From: Acaryochloris marina MBIC11017
GTDB taxonomy: Bacteria > Cyanobacteriota > Cyanobacteriia > Thermosynechococcales > Thermosynechococcaceae
Direction: 5' to 3'
DNA length: 32,000 nt
NCBI RefSeq assembly: GCF_000018105.1
Contig: NC_009925.1
Location: forward strand, 1,590,001 to 1,622,000
Positions 16,849-25,935 of this stretch are shown one piece after another. A program made the translations under genes and the position numbers. The notes beneath the pieces are model-generated. The model was not told the DNA's origin. It saw only the letters and a program-made list of their open reading frames with translations, and did no database searches. Each line of letters begins with the position of its first letter. The first letter of the stretch is position 1.

Positions 16849-17997
16849 CTATTTCTGACCCACGATTTCAGAGAGTTGCTGAATGCCTTCCTCCTGCATT
16901 TTTACCAGCAATCCTTCCAAAATTCGGCGCACCATCCACGGCCCTTCATAGACCCAGCCTGTATAGACTTGTAATAAGCTGGCCCCCGCACAGAGTTTTT
17001 CCCAGGCATCCTCAGCGGTAAAGATGCCGCCTACGCCGATAATTGGCAGTTGGCCTTGGGTCTGTTTGTGAATAAATCGAATCACGTCTGTGGAACGCGA
17101 TCGCACCGGGGCACCACTTATCCCACCTGCTTCTTCACTAGGTACATTCCCCGTAGCGGCAATCCGCTCCGTTTTCAGATCCCGCCGAATCGTTGTGTTC
17201 GTAGCAATAATGCCCGCCAGCTGATGAACTTGAGCTAAGTCTACAATCGCGGCAATATCCTTCCACTCTAAGTCTGGGGCAATCTTCACTAGCAGAGGTT
17301 TGCCTTCCGTATTCTCGGCTTGCAGACCCGCCAAAATGGGGGCCAATTGTTCAACCGCTTGAAGCGATCGCAACCCTGGCGTATTCGGTGAACTCACATT
17401 CACCACAAAATAGTCCCCATAGGTTTTCAGTAGCTGAAAACTCCCCACATAATCTGCGACCGCCTGTTCGAGGGGCGTAACTTTTGACTTGCCTAAATTA
17501 ATCCCTAGAGGATAGGAACGAGCTTGGCGGTCCAGTGAAGCCGCAATCACCTTCGCCATCGCAGCAGCCCCTTGGTTATTGAATCCCATCCGATTCAGCG
17601 CTGCTTGATCCTCAGGTAAACGAAACAAGCGAGGTTGAGGGTTACCGGGTTGAGCGTGGAAGGTCACTGTTCCTACTTCTGCAAATCCAAACCCAAAACG
17701 AGGCCAAATATTGGTTGCCACACCATCCTTATCAAACCCCGCCGCCAATCCTATGGGGTTGGCAAAGGAGAGGCCCCACAAAGATTGCGAAAGCCGAGGG
17801 TCTTCCACCTGTAGAGAAGAGGCCAACCGCCGTTGCAAGCCTTGAGCCAACCCCTGATCCACATTCCGATCCAGCCAGGCACAAGTCCGCATCAATTGAC
17901 GATGGACCGTTTCTGGGTCAGCTTTCAAAGCCGAAAATAAAAGAGGTTGTAACCCTTGTTGATATAAATCCACAGTTTTCTCAGACCAGCATCGCAC
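16849..17997 (-). CDS. pyrD: Quinone-dependent (class 2) dihydroorotate dehydrogenase
   Basis: Motifs [19 protein letters not shown] (Ser catalytic base) and GVGGI are present. The start is GTG at 17997, or GTG at 17973 (VDLYQQG...). Confidence 0.92.
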   Translation of the reverse strand: MRCWSEKTVDLYQQGLQPLLFSALKADPETVHRQLMRTCAWLDRNVDQGLAQGLQRRLASSLQVEDPRLSQSLWGLSFANPIGLAAGFDKDGVATNIWPRFGFGFAEVGTVTFHAQPGNPQPRLFRLPEDQAALNRMGFNNQGAAAMAKVIAASLDRQARSYPLGINLGKSKVTPLEQAVADYVGSFQLLKTYGDYFVVNVSSPNTPGLRSLQAVEQLAPILAGLQAENTEGKPLLVKIAPDLEWKDIAAIVDLAQVHQLAGIIATNTTIRRDLKTERIAATGNVPSEEAGGISGAPVRSRSTDVIRFIHKQTQGQLPIIGVGGIFTAEDAWEKLCAGASLLQVYTGWVYEGPWMVRRILEGLLVKMQEEGIQQLSEIVGQK

Positions 17998-18012
17998 TGA
18001 GAGTATAGCCCG

Positions 18013-18762
18013 CTAAGGTTCAGCAGGGGGCGCAGAAGTGTCTGACGATTGTTGCACAGGCCAGCCCAGGCGAGTTGGCTGCTGATAGACCCGTTTCAGG
18101 GTATTCATATCCCGTGCAGAAATAGGAGCGGGTGTTCGCACTTGGGAAAAATAGAGGGCATCGGTTTTTAAGCGGCTATGACCCCAAATCCCCAAGGCAT
18201 GGCCTAACTCGTGGCGAACCGCAGCAGCAATATAGGTCTCTGTTTGATTGGCTCGAACTTGAATGGTGCAGCGATGGGACAACCGCTGCTGGTCATCTAC
18301 ATAGAGCTTAAAGCGCGTCTCTGCTGAGCGAACACGTCCCTGACTTCGTTGAGTGGGATCAACCGCTGAGATAGTGATATCAGCCTGGTTCGGATCAGTT
18401 ACCACTTCCAGAGGAAAATACGCTTGCCAAGCCTGAATCGCTTGATCAACCGCCTGGGGCCATTTCTCTTGGACTAATGGCAAAGACGCTGGAGCAGGCT
18501 GAGTATAGACTCTGACGGGAAATTGGCTCCAGACTAGATACCCCACGCGAGTGACTTTGATCTGATCAAAATAATCTCCTTGTTCCTGGGGATCTTGCCA
18601 CCGTTCTAAAGCAGCTGGCAACGGATGCACCTGGGCCGCAGGAGCTTGGAGGGCCGCATGATTGGGACGGACCCAGCCGAAATGCACAAGAACAGCGACG
18701 ACAAGGCCTATGAGCCCTAAGCCCATCACTGCAGGCCACTTTCTCAGATTAGGCCACCCCAT
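18013..18762 (-). CDS. Membrane-anchored zinc metalloprotease-like protein (HExxHxxGxxH)
   Basis: It has the HELGHALGIWGH zincin/metzincin-type motif and an N-terminal TM segment (VMGLGLIGLVVAVLV). The first ATG is at 18762. The TTG-extended ORF running to 18843 would overlap secG. Confidence 0.65.
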   Translation of the reverse strand: MGWPNLRKWPAVMGLGLIGLVVAVLVHFGWVRPNHAALQAPAAQVHPLPAALERWQDPQEQGDYFDQIKVTRVGYLVWSQFPVRVYTQPAPASLPLVQEKWPQAVDQAIQAWQAYFPLEVVTDPNQADITISAVDPTQRSQGRVRSAETRFKLYVDDQQRLSHRCTIQVRANQTETYIAAAVRHELGHALGIWGHSRLKTDALYFSQVRTPAPISARDMNTLKRVYQQPTRLGWPVQQSSDTSAPPAEP

Positions 18763-18779
18763 TGTGTTAAGCTCATCCG

Positions 18780-19007
18780 TTAACCGAGCCAGCCAGCGCT
18801 GAGAACCACGGTTAAGCCCATAAACATTAGGGTGAGGGTCCAAGTGATGCGATTAAGGGTTTTTTCCGCACTCTTAGCACTCGTGAAGAGCTGGCCTTGA
18901 CCACCAATACCCCCCAAACCATCCCCTTTGGGGCTGTGCAAGAGTACCAAAGCAATAAGCCCTACGGCAGAGAAGAACCATACGCCTTGAATTACGTTAG
19001 TCAGCAT
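18780..19007 (-). CDS. secG: Preprotein translocase subunit SecG
   Basis: 75 aa with two TM helices and a Gly-rich loop (HSPKGDGLGGIGGQGQLF). Confidence 0.9.
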   Translation of the reverse strand: MLTNVIQGVWFFSAVGLIALVLLHSPKGDGLGGIGGQGQLFTSAKSAEKTLNRITWTLTLMFMGLTVVLSAGWLG

Positions 19008-19112
19008 CCAACTGAAACCCTAGTAAACGATAAAAAATACTGACGGCAAATCAATAGCCGCACGACGGTCTACCCATCCTATTGGGCAAGACATACTCAC
19101 AAAGTATAACCT

Positions 19113-20717
19113 TTAGCGATGAATCCGGACAGGACTCTTGTTCTGACGAACTTCAAATCCTGCAGCCTGAATTAAGGTTGATCCCGTCATTTCTTCTGGT
19201 TTGGGAAGCTGCAAAATATCTAAGATAGTCGGGGCAATGTCAGCCAAGCGGCCATCCGCCCGCAATTGCACATCCGTACCATGGGCAGGGATTTTGCGAC
19301 CTTCCCCCTCTACCAAAATGAAAGGCACAGGGTTCGTCGTATGAGCCGTCCAGGGATTACCGGTCTCATCCCACATCCGTTCGGCATTGCCATGGTCTGC
19401 CGTGATTAAAAGCGTGCCTCCCACGTTAATCACTTGGTTTAGGAGTTTACCAAGGCATCCATCGACGGTTTCAACGGCTTGGATCGTGGCATCCATCATG
19501 CCCGTATGGCCCACCATATCGGTATTGGCGTAGTTAATCACCATCAAAGAATAGATGCGTTTATCTAAGGCTGCGATCGCTTCTTCTGTCACCTTAGCCG
19601 CCGACATGGGTGGGTCCTGGTCATAGGTAGACACCATGGGGCTAGGGACTAAAATTCGGTCCTCTCCGGGCAAGGGATCTTCAATGCCACCGTTGAAAAA
19701 ATAGGTGACATGGGCATACTTTTCGGTTTCAGCTAATCGCAGTTGCTTCAAACCATGATTGGCGACAATTTCCCCCAAAATATTGTCTAGATTTTGGGGC
19801 TTAAAGGCGACATCCGTGGGTAGATCTGAATCATATTGAGTGAAGGTGACAAAGTGAAGAGGCTTCACCTGCTCTCGCTCAAACCCATCGAACTTGGGAT
19901 CAACAAAAGCTTGAGTCAATTGGCGGGCTCGATCGGGCCGGAAGTTAAAGAAAATCACACCATCCCCGGCCTCGATTGCCCCAGGAGCAATACGAGTGGG
20001 GGGAAGAAACTCGTCTGTGGTTTTGTGATCGTAGGCATCGGTGATCGCATCTAGGGGAGACCAATCCCGAGGGACAGCCACCTGATCGTTCACCATGACG
20101 TCATAGGCCTGCTGAATCCGATCCCATCGACGATCACGATCCATGGCAAAATAACGGCCACTCAGGGTCACAATCTGACCCACCCCAATATGGGCGATCT
20201 GTTTCTGTAATCGCAGAATTTCGTCTTTCGCGCTTTTTGGAGGGGTGTCGCGTCCATCCAAAATGGCATGAATACAGACTTGGGAAATATTATGCTCTTT
20301 TGCGAGCTTCAGTAAAGCTAAAAGGTGGTCTGAATGGGCATGAACACCCCCTTTGGAGCACAGGCCAATCAGATGCAATTTGGTGCTGGCTTGAGACACT
20401 TGTTTGCAAACCTTATCCAAGGCAGGATTGGTCGCCAAGCTACCATCTTCGATCGCATCCGCAATGCGGACCAGCTCTTGGGGGACGGTGCGGCCAGCGC
20501 CTAAGTTAAGATGGCCCACCTCCGAATTACCCATTTGACCTGCAGGCAAGCCTACGGCCTTACCAGAGGTTTGAATGAAAGTACTAGGATAAGCTGTCCA
20601 GAGGCTGTCAATAATTGGGGTGTTGGCCGTTGCGATGGCATTACCATCTGAATTTTCTTGGTAGCCCCAACCATCTAATATGACTAGCACCACCGGGGAA
20701 ACAGGTGTCGACGTCAT
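19113..20717 (-). CDS. gpmI: 2,3-bisphosphoglycerate-independent phosphoglycerate mutase
   Basis: 534 aa with the motifs VLVILDGWG, MGNSEVGHLNLGAGR and ITADHGNAE. Confidence 0.95.
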   Translation of the reverse strand: MTSTPVSPVVLVILDGWGYQENSDGNAIATANTPIIDSLWTAYPSTFIQTSGKAVGLPAGQMGNSEVGHLNLGAGRTVPQELVRIADAIEDGSLATNPALDKVCKQVSQASTKLHLIGLCSKGGVHAHSDHLLALLKLAKEHNISQVCIHAILDGRDTPPKSAKDEILRLQKQIAHIGVGQIVTLSGRYFAMDRDRRWDRIQQAYDVMVNDQVAVPRDWSPLDAITDAYDHKTTDEFLPPTRIAPGAIEAGDGVIFFNFRPDRARQLTQAFVDPKFDGFEREQVKPLHFVTFTQYDSDLPTDVAFKPQNLDNILGEIVANHGLKQLRLAETEKYAHVTYFFNGGIEDPLPGEDRILVPSPMVSTYDQDPPMSAAKVTEEAIAALDKRIYSLMVINYANTDMVGHTGMMDATIQAVETVDGCLGKLLNQVINVGGTLLITADHGNAERMWDETGNPWTAHTTNPVPFILVEGEGRKIPAHGTDVQLRADGRLADIAPTILDILQLPKPEEMTGSTLIQAAGFEVRQNKSPVRIHR

Positions 20718-20893
20718 ACAGGGTCGTTTTCCTCAAGGATTTATTTGTGATGCAATCATAACACTCAGAATTCCGCTTAGAACAGACCACAACTTGGATC
20801 TAAAGGAAAAAGCAAGATTATCCTGACCTCGACATTAATATCATTTTCAGGTTAAGACTAGGTTGCCCCAGCAATATCGAGATTAACACCCGC

Positions 20894-21790
20894 TTATGGA
20901 TGGGAAGGCAGAAAGTCTGCTCCATCCTCTGGCTGAGCCGGCGATACCTCCAAGCAAGATTCATCAGATAGGGGTAGAGGGGTCCATGTGAAGCGAGGCG
21001 CAGGCCAGAGTCGATCGAACAGCACCGTTAAGGGGGCTAAGGCAAACAACGCCCAGAAAATTCCGGTGGATAAAAACAGCTTCGTTTGTAGCACAAACGT
21101 GACGACCGCGATACTGCTAGACCAGAGCAGACGGGCTCCTCGGGCATCCGGGATCGATCGGGGATCGGTGAGCATAAACAAGGCAAATAAGATCAGAGAT
21201 CCACTCGACAAACTGTGGTACCACACATCCCAGCTCCACCCTAACCACAGATCCCGCAGGGACAGACAGGCTCCATAGGTGGCTAAAAACATCACAGAGG
21301 TGTCCCATCGCCCTACCCGATGCAACACGACCCCACCCGCTCCCGCAAATAAAAGGCCATACCAGCCCACTGCTCCCCATTGCCCAGGGGAGACCCAAGC
21401 ATCAGAGGTCAAGATAAGGGCGGCAATAATGCCAAAGTTGGCTGGATTAAAGAAATGTTTGCCCTTCCACTTACAGACAAATTTACTCAGGATCGCCAAG
21501 GTCGCTGCCAGCATCATGGTGCTCCAATGATCCGTTCGCAGCAGCAAGCTCAACCCTAATGCCGTAATTAGGGCGCTGCGAATCGAGGGATTAAAGGCTC
21601 GGTCGTTAGGCTGACGCCGCTGCTGGTACAGATAGGTCCCATAAGAGGCTAATGCTTGGACGAGAATTGTGGTTGCGATCGCAACACCGATCATTTCGGG
21701 TCTTAGGGTCCAATCCTTCGTCCCAATACCTAGCACTAAAAATAAGCTGAGAAACAGAATTTGGTAATCTCTCGCATCTTGAAAGGACAT
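20894..21790 (-). CDS. RnfD/NqrB-like polytopic membrane protein (orphan)
   Basis: 298 aa and very hydrophobic. It has KHFFNPANFG and FMLTDPRS motifs, as in the RnfD/NqrB family. No other rnf or nqr genes are nearby. Confidence 0.6.
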   Translation of the reverse strand: MSFQDARDYQILFLSLFLVLGIGTKDWTLRPEMIGVAIATTILVQALASYGTYLYQQRRQPNDRAFNPSIRSALITALGLSLLLRTDHWSTMMLAATLAILSKFVCKWKGKHFFNPANFGIIAALILTSDAWVSPGQWGAVGWYGLLFAGAGGVVLHRVGRWDTSVMFLATYGACLSLRDLWLGWSWDVWYHSLSSGSLILFALFMLTDPRSIPDARGARLLWSSSIAVVTFVLQTKLFLSTGIFWALFALAPLTVLFDRLWPAPRFTWTPLPLSDESCLEVSPAQPEDGADFLPSHP

Positions 21791-22016
21791 AGACCCTCGT
21801 CTGGATGGAATGGTCCCAATTTATCCCAAACTTCTAACTTAGGCGTCAGCGGTTACCTAAATGGTTACCAGCCCAGGCTTGTTTATAGGATGCCTAAGGC
21901 TTCAGAGTCCTTGAACGAGGTCTTCAAAAATCCTCACAAGTTTCTCAAATTAGCGGGATATAAAGAAGACAAATATTCTGATTCCGATCTTCTCCAGAGA
22001 GCGGGACCTAGCCCCC

Positions 22017-24467
22017 ATGCTTCCTATCTCTCCCCAACAACCGCCAACAACCAAACATCAGTCCTTCATTCTTTGGTTTGATCAGGTTGGCATTGCAGAC
22101 ATTCCCCTGGTTGGCGGCAAGAATGCCTCCTTAGGAGAGATGATCCAACAGCTAGGAGCGCAAGGTGTCCAAGTACCCACCGGCTTTGCCACCACAGCCC
22201 ATGCCTATCGAACCTTTCTGCAACAATCCCAACTAGAAGCCCCCCTTCGTCAGCTCTTACAAGGGTTAGACGTAGAAGATATTCCACAGCTCCGAGCACG
22301 GGCACAGCAGGCCCGCGAACTGATCCTGGCCACTCCTTTTTCTCCCGGATTAGAACTAGCCATCAGTGAAGCGTATTCCAGACTCTGTCAGCACTGTGGT
22401 GAACAGTCATCCTTATCAGTAGCCGTTCGCTCCAGCGCCACCGCTGAGGATTTACCGGATGCCAGCTTCGCGGGGCAACAAGAAACCTATCTCAATGTCC
22501 AAGGCCTTCGCGGGGTCTTAGAAGCCTGTCATAAATGTTTTGCCTCTCTCTTTACCGATCGCGCAATTTCCTATCGCACCTTAAAAGGGTTTGACCACTT
22601 CACAGTGGCCTTAGCTGTAGGGGTCCAGCAAATGGTGCGATCTGGCACCGCTGGGGTGATGTTCTCCATCGATACCGAAACTGGGTTTGATCAAGCAGTC
22701 CTGATCACGGCAGCCTACGGGCTCGGGGAAACCGTGGTCCAAGGTGCCGTTAACCCAGACGAATATTTGGTGTTTAAACCAACACTCCAACAGGGCTATC
22801 AGCCCATTCTATCTAAGCGACTCGGCAGTAAAGAGATCAAAATGGTTTACGACCAAGAGGGCAGTAAACTCACGAAAAATGTGCCCGTATCTGCAGGCGA
22901 TCGCCAGAAATTTACCCTCACCAACCCAGAAATTCTTACCCTCGCCCAATGGGCTTGCAAAATTGAAGATCATTATTCTGCCGTGCGGGGCACCTACACC
23001 CCCATGGATATTGAATGGGCCCAGGATGAGTTCACCGGGGAGCTATACATCGTCCAAGCCCGACCGGAGACCGTACAGTCGCAAAAATCAGACACCCTGC
23101 TAAGAACGTACCAGTTAGATACGACCGGGTCAGTCCTGAGCACCGGTCGGGCCGTAGGGGAATTGATTGGCCAGGGGCGAGGGCAAATCATTCAACATGT
23201 CAGCCAAATCAGTGCGTTTCAGCCTGGGGACGTCTTAATCACCCATAAAACGGATCCCGATTGGGAACCGATTATGAAGCAGGCCGCAGCCATCGTTACC
23301 AACCAAGGAGGGCGCACCTGCCATGCCGCGATTATTGCTCGGGAATTGGGCATCCCTGCCATTGTCGGGTGTGGTAATGCCACCCACCAGATCCCCAACG
23401 GTCGGCTGGTCACGGTTGCCTGCTGTGAAGGGGAAGTCGGCCATGTTTACGATGGGCTACTGTCCTTTACCGTTCAAGAAACCCAACTAGAACAGCTCCC
23501 CACCACCCAAACTAAAATCCTGCTCAATGTGGGGAATCCTGACCAAGCCTTTAGACTGGCAGCCCTGCCCTGTGATGGCGTGGGCATCGCCCGCTTAGAA
23601 TTTATTATTGCCAACCATATCAAAGCCCATCCCCTGGCCTTAATCCATTTCGATCAACTGGACGATCCGTTAGCTCAACAAGAAATTACCCACCTGACTC
23701 GCCACTATCCCTACAAACCGGACTTCTTTGTGGATCAGCTCACCCATGGGGTAGGCATTATTGCCGCAGCGTTTTATCCCAAACCTGTCATTGTCAGACT
23801 GTCTGATTTCAAGAGTAATGAATATGCAAACTTACTCGGCGGTCAGCAATTTGAACCTCAGGAAGAAAATCCCATGCTGGGATGGCGGGGGGCATCTCGT
23901 TACTACGACGATAAGTTTCGAGAAGCATTTGGTTTGGAGTGTAAAGCCCTCAAGATCGTCCGAGACGAGATGGGCTTAACCAACGTGATCCCCATGGTGC
24001 CCTTCTGCCGAACACCAGAAGAAGGTCGCAAAGTTATTGCAGAAATGGAGAATGCTGGATTAGTCCAGGGGGAAAATGGCCTCCAGGTTTATGTGATGTG
24101 TGAAGTACCCAGCAACGTCATTCTGGCGGATCAATTCAGCCAAATCTTTGATGGGTTTTCCATCGGCTCCAACGATCTCACCCAATTAGCCCTAGGGATT
24201 GATCGAGACTCAGCCTTAGTCGCCCACCTCTTTGATGAACGTCATGAAGGTGTGCAATCCCTGATTCGTCAAGTGATTGACCAGGCCAAACGCCATCACT
24301 GCAAAGTCGGCATCTGTGGCCAAGCCCCTAGCGACTACCCAGAATTTGCCCAATTCCTCGTTGAACAAGGAATTGACTCCATCAGCCTCAATCCTGATTC
24401 AGTGCTCAAAACAAGGTTCACTATTGCCCAAGTTGAAACACACCTGTCATCGTCTCAACCGTCCTAG
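22017..24467 (+). CDS. ppsA: Phosphoenolpyruvate synthase (pyruvate, water dikinase)
   Basis: 816 aa with VGGKNASLGEM, the GGRTCHAAIIARELGIPA catalytic His motif, and a C-terminal PEP-utilising TIM-barrel domain. Confidence 0.95.
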   Translation: MLPISPQQPPTTKHQSFILWFDQVGIADIPLVGGKNASLGEMIQQLGAQGVQVPTGFATTAHAYRTFLQQSQLEAPLRQLLQGLDVEDIPQLRARAQQARELILATPFSPGLELAISEAYSRLCQHCGEQSSLSVAVRSSATAEDLPDASFAGQQETYLNVQGLRGVLEACHKCFASLFTDRAISYRTLKGFDHFTVALAVGVQQMVRSGTAGVMFSIDTETGFDQAVLITAAYGLGETVVQGAVNPDEYLVFKPTLQQGYQPILSKRLGSKEIKMVYDQEGSKLTKNVPVSAGDRQKFTLTNPEILTLAQWACKIEDHYSAVRGTYTPMDIEWAQDEFTGELYIVQARPETVQSQKSDTLLRTYQLDTTGSVLSTGRAVGELIGQGRGQIIQHVSQISAFQPGDVLITHKTDPDWEPIMKQAAAIVTNQGGRTCHAAIIARELGIPAIVGCGNATHQIPNGRLVTVACCEGEVGHVYDGLLSFTVQETQLEQLPTTQTKILLNVGNPDQAFRLAALPCDGVGIARLEFIIANHIKAHPLALIHFDQLDDPLAQQEITHLTRHYPYKPDFFVDQLTHGVGIIAAAFYPKPVIVRLSDFKSNEYANLLGGQQFEPQEENPMLGWRGASRYYDDKFREAFGLECKALKIVRDEMGLTNVIPMVPFCRTPEEGRKVIAEMENAGLVQGENGLQVYVMCEVPSNVILADQFSQIFDGFSIGSNDLTQLALGIDRDSALVAHLFDERHEGVQSLIRQVIDQAKRHHCKVGICGQAPSDYPEFAQFLVEQGIDSISLNPDSVLKTRFTIAQVETHLSSSQPS

Positions 24468-24505
24468 TCTTATATCGTTTTCCACGCCCCTCGGAGGTAC
24501 TCATC

Positions 24506-25060
24506 ATGTTCCGCAAGATATTAGTTGCCCTTGACCATTCAGAAACAGCTCTGGATGTCTTTGATCAAGCCCTTGATTTAGCTGCCACCACCCAGGCGAA
24601 TTTGATGTTGTTACATGTATTATCCATGGATGACCAGGATGCCCCTGATGCCCCCACATCCTTCCCTAGCATGTATTACTATCCAGGGTTATCAGCCACC
24701 TCGATTAAGGTCTATCAGCAACAGTGGGAGCAATATACCCATGCAGCCCAAGATATTCTAGAGGCCCAATCTGAAGAAGCAAGGTTAGCAGGAGTGTCTG
24801 TCAGAACCACCCAAAAACAAGGCGCTCCTGGTGAAACCATTTGCGAAGTGGCGAAGGAATGGCAGGCCGACTTAATTTTGCTCGGAAGTCGAGGACGAGC
24901 TGGTCTGAGTGAATGGTTGTTAGGCAGTGTCAGCAATTACGTCATGCATCATGCCCCCTGTTCAGTGCTGATTTGTAGAGAACCTGAGACGCCTCCCCCA
25001 AACTCCATTCCAGATCATCTCAACCGACAGCTCATGTCTAACTTAGGGGGATGGCAATAA
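24506..25060 (+). CDS. Universal stress protein (UspA family)
   Basis: It starts MFRKILVALDHSE and has the ATP motif GSRGRAGLSEWLLGS (G-2x-G-9x-GS). GGAGG lies upstream of the ATG. Confidence 0.85.
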   Translation: MFRKILVALDHSETALDVFDQALDLAATTQANLMLLHVLSMDDQDAPDAPTSFPSMYYYPGLSATSIKVYQQQWEQYTHAAQDILEAQSEEARLAGVSVRTTQKQGAPGETICEVAKEWQADLILLGSRGRAGLSEWLLGSVSNYVMHHAPCSVLICREPETPPPNSIPDHLNRQLMSNLGGWQ

Positions 25061-25070
25061 TCTGGCCAAG

Positions 25071-25766
25071 CTAACTGGATTTCTGGGAGGCTACTTTAGG
25101 CTGCATCCAGTCTACTTGCAAAGGCTTGAGTAATCCCGACTCCGTAACTTGAACCGTCATTAAGAAGATGTCTTCTTCAAAGGTTTTGACTGCCAATTGC
25201 GGTGGGTCACTGGCCTGAATCCGGTAGGTCCGATCAGGAATAAACTGGCTAATGATGGCTCGTTGCCCCACCTGCTTAGGCCCCGTATGACGCAAATAAA
25301 TCATCTGCTTCAATCTGAGGGCCACATCCCCCGGCGTTTTACCATAGAAGAGGGGGAGAAAGTCTTCCAAGACTTGTCCAGACTTCGCTTGGGAAAAGCC
25401 AGATATTTCCTTCTCCAAATCCCTAATGTTTAGAGATTCTTTGACCTGGTAATCGGATAAGATTTGAACGTCTAAAACTGTCATCTGCTGCAAATCAAAC
25501 AAAGCTTTTTGCTTCATAAGCTGTGGGTGAGCCCCATACACTTTCTTCGCAGCGTTCAAAGCAATATCAGACAATTCCGTAAAGCTATAGTCATCAAGAT
25601 TTTTTTGAGCAAGCTGCATTTTCATTTCTTGCTCAAATTCAGTTTGTAATGCTGTAATTTTGCTCTGATCCGGCGGTTGCGTGGCGGAAGGAAGTTCGCT
25701 GGCTTGCAGTTGACAAGCCGTAAGGCATAAACCCACTAGCAAGAATTGAAACCATAGACGCTGCAT
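25071..25766 (-). CDS. Hypothetical lipoprotein
   Basis: The ATG at 25766 gives MQRLWFQFLLVGLCLTAC, a signal peptide with a lipobox. Alternative starts are at 25781 and 25784. I do not recognise the family. Confidence 0.55.
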   Translation of the reverse strand: MQRLWFQFLLVGLCLTACQLQASELPSATQPPDQSKITALQTEFEQEMKMQLAQKNLDDYSFTELSDIALNAAKKVYGAHPQLMKQKALFDLQQMTVLDVQILSDYQVKESLNIRDLEKEISGFSQAKSGQVLEDFLPLFYGKTPGDVALRLKQMIYLRHTGPKQVGQRAIISQFIPDRTYRIQASDPPQLAVKTFEEDIFLMTVQVTESGLLKPLQVDWMQPKVASQKSS

Positions 25767-25935
25767 AGCACCCTCACCCATCACTGTGGTTCCAGTCTAC
25801 TTACCCTCGTAGACAATGACGATCAGAGAGTTTGAGACGCGCACTGAAAAGGAACTTGCGTGGTAATAAGCCCTGTTGGGCGATTGCACTAATGGTTGTG
25901 ATGCAGCGATTACTGTGCACAGTAACTCTTGAACA

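Noticed and set aside
21761-22081. A 106-aa plus-strand ORF spans the rnfD-like start and the ppsA start.
   Set aside because: It overlaps two better-supported genes and an intergenic region. It has no start context or recognisable motif.
25910-25925. A perfect 16-bp palindrome, TTACTGTGCACAGTAA, lies just downstream of the PatA-type gene. Its half-sites are identical to the E. coli LexA box (TACTG/CAGTA).
   Set aside because: The spacer is 4 nt rather than 10, so it is not an SOS box. About 0.5 perfect 16-nt palindromes are expected by chance in 32 kb. As a terminator the stem is short and AT-rich, and no U-tract follows.
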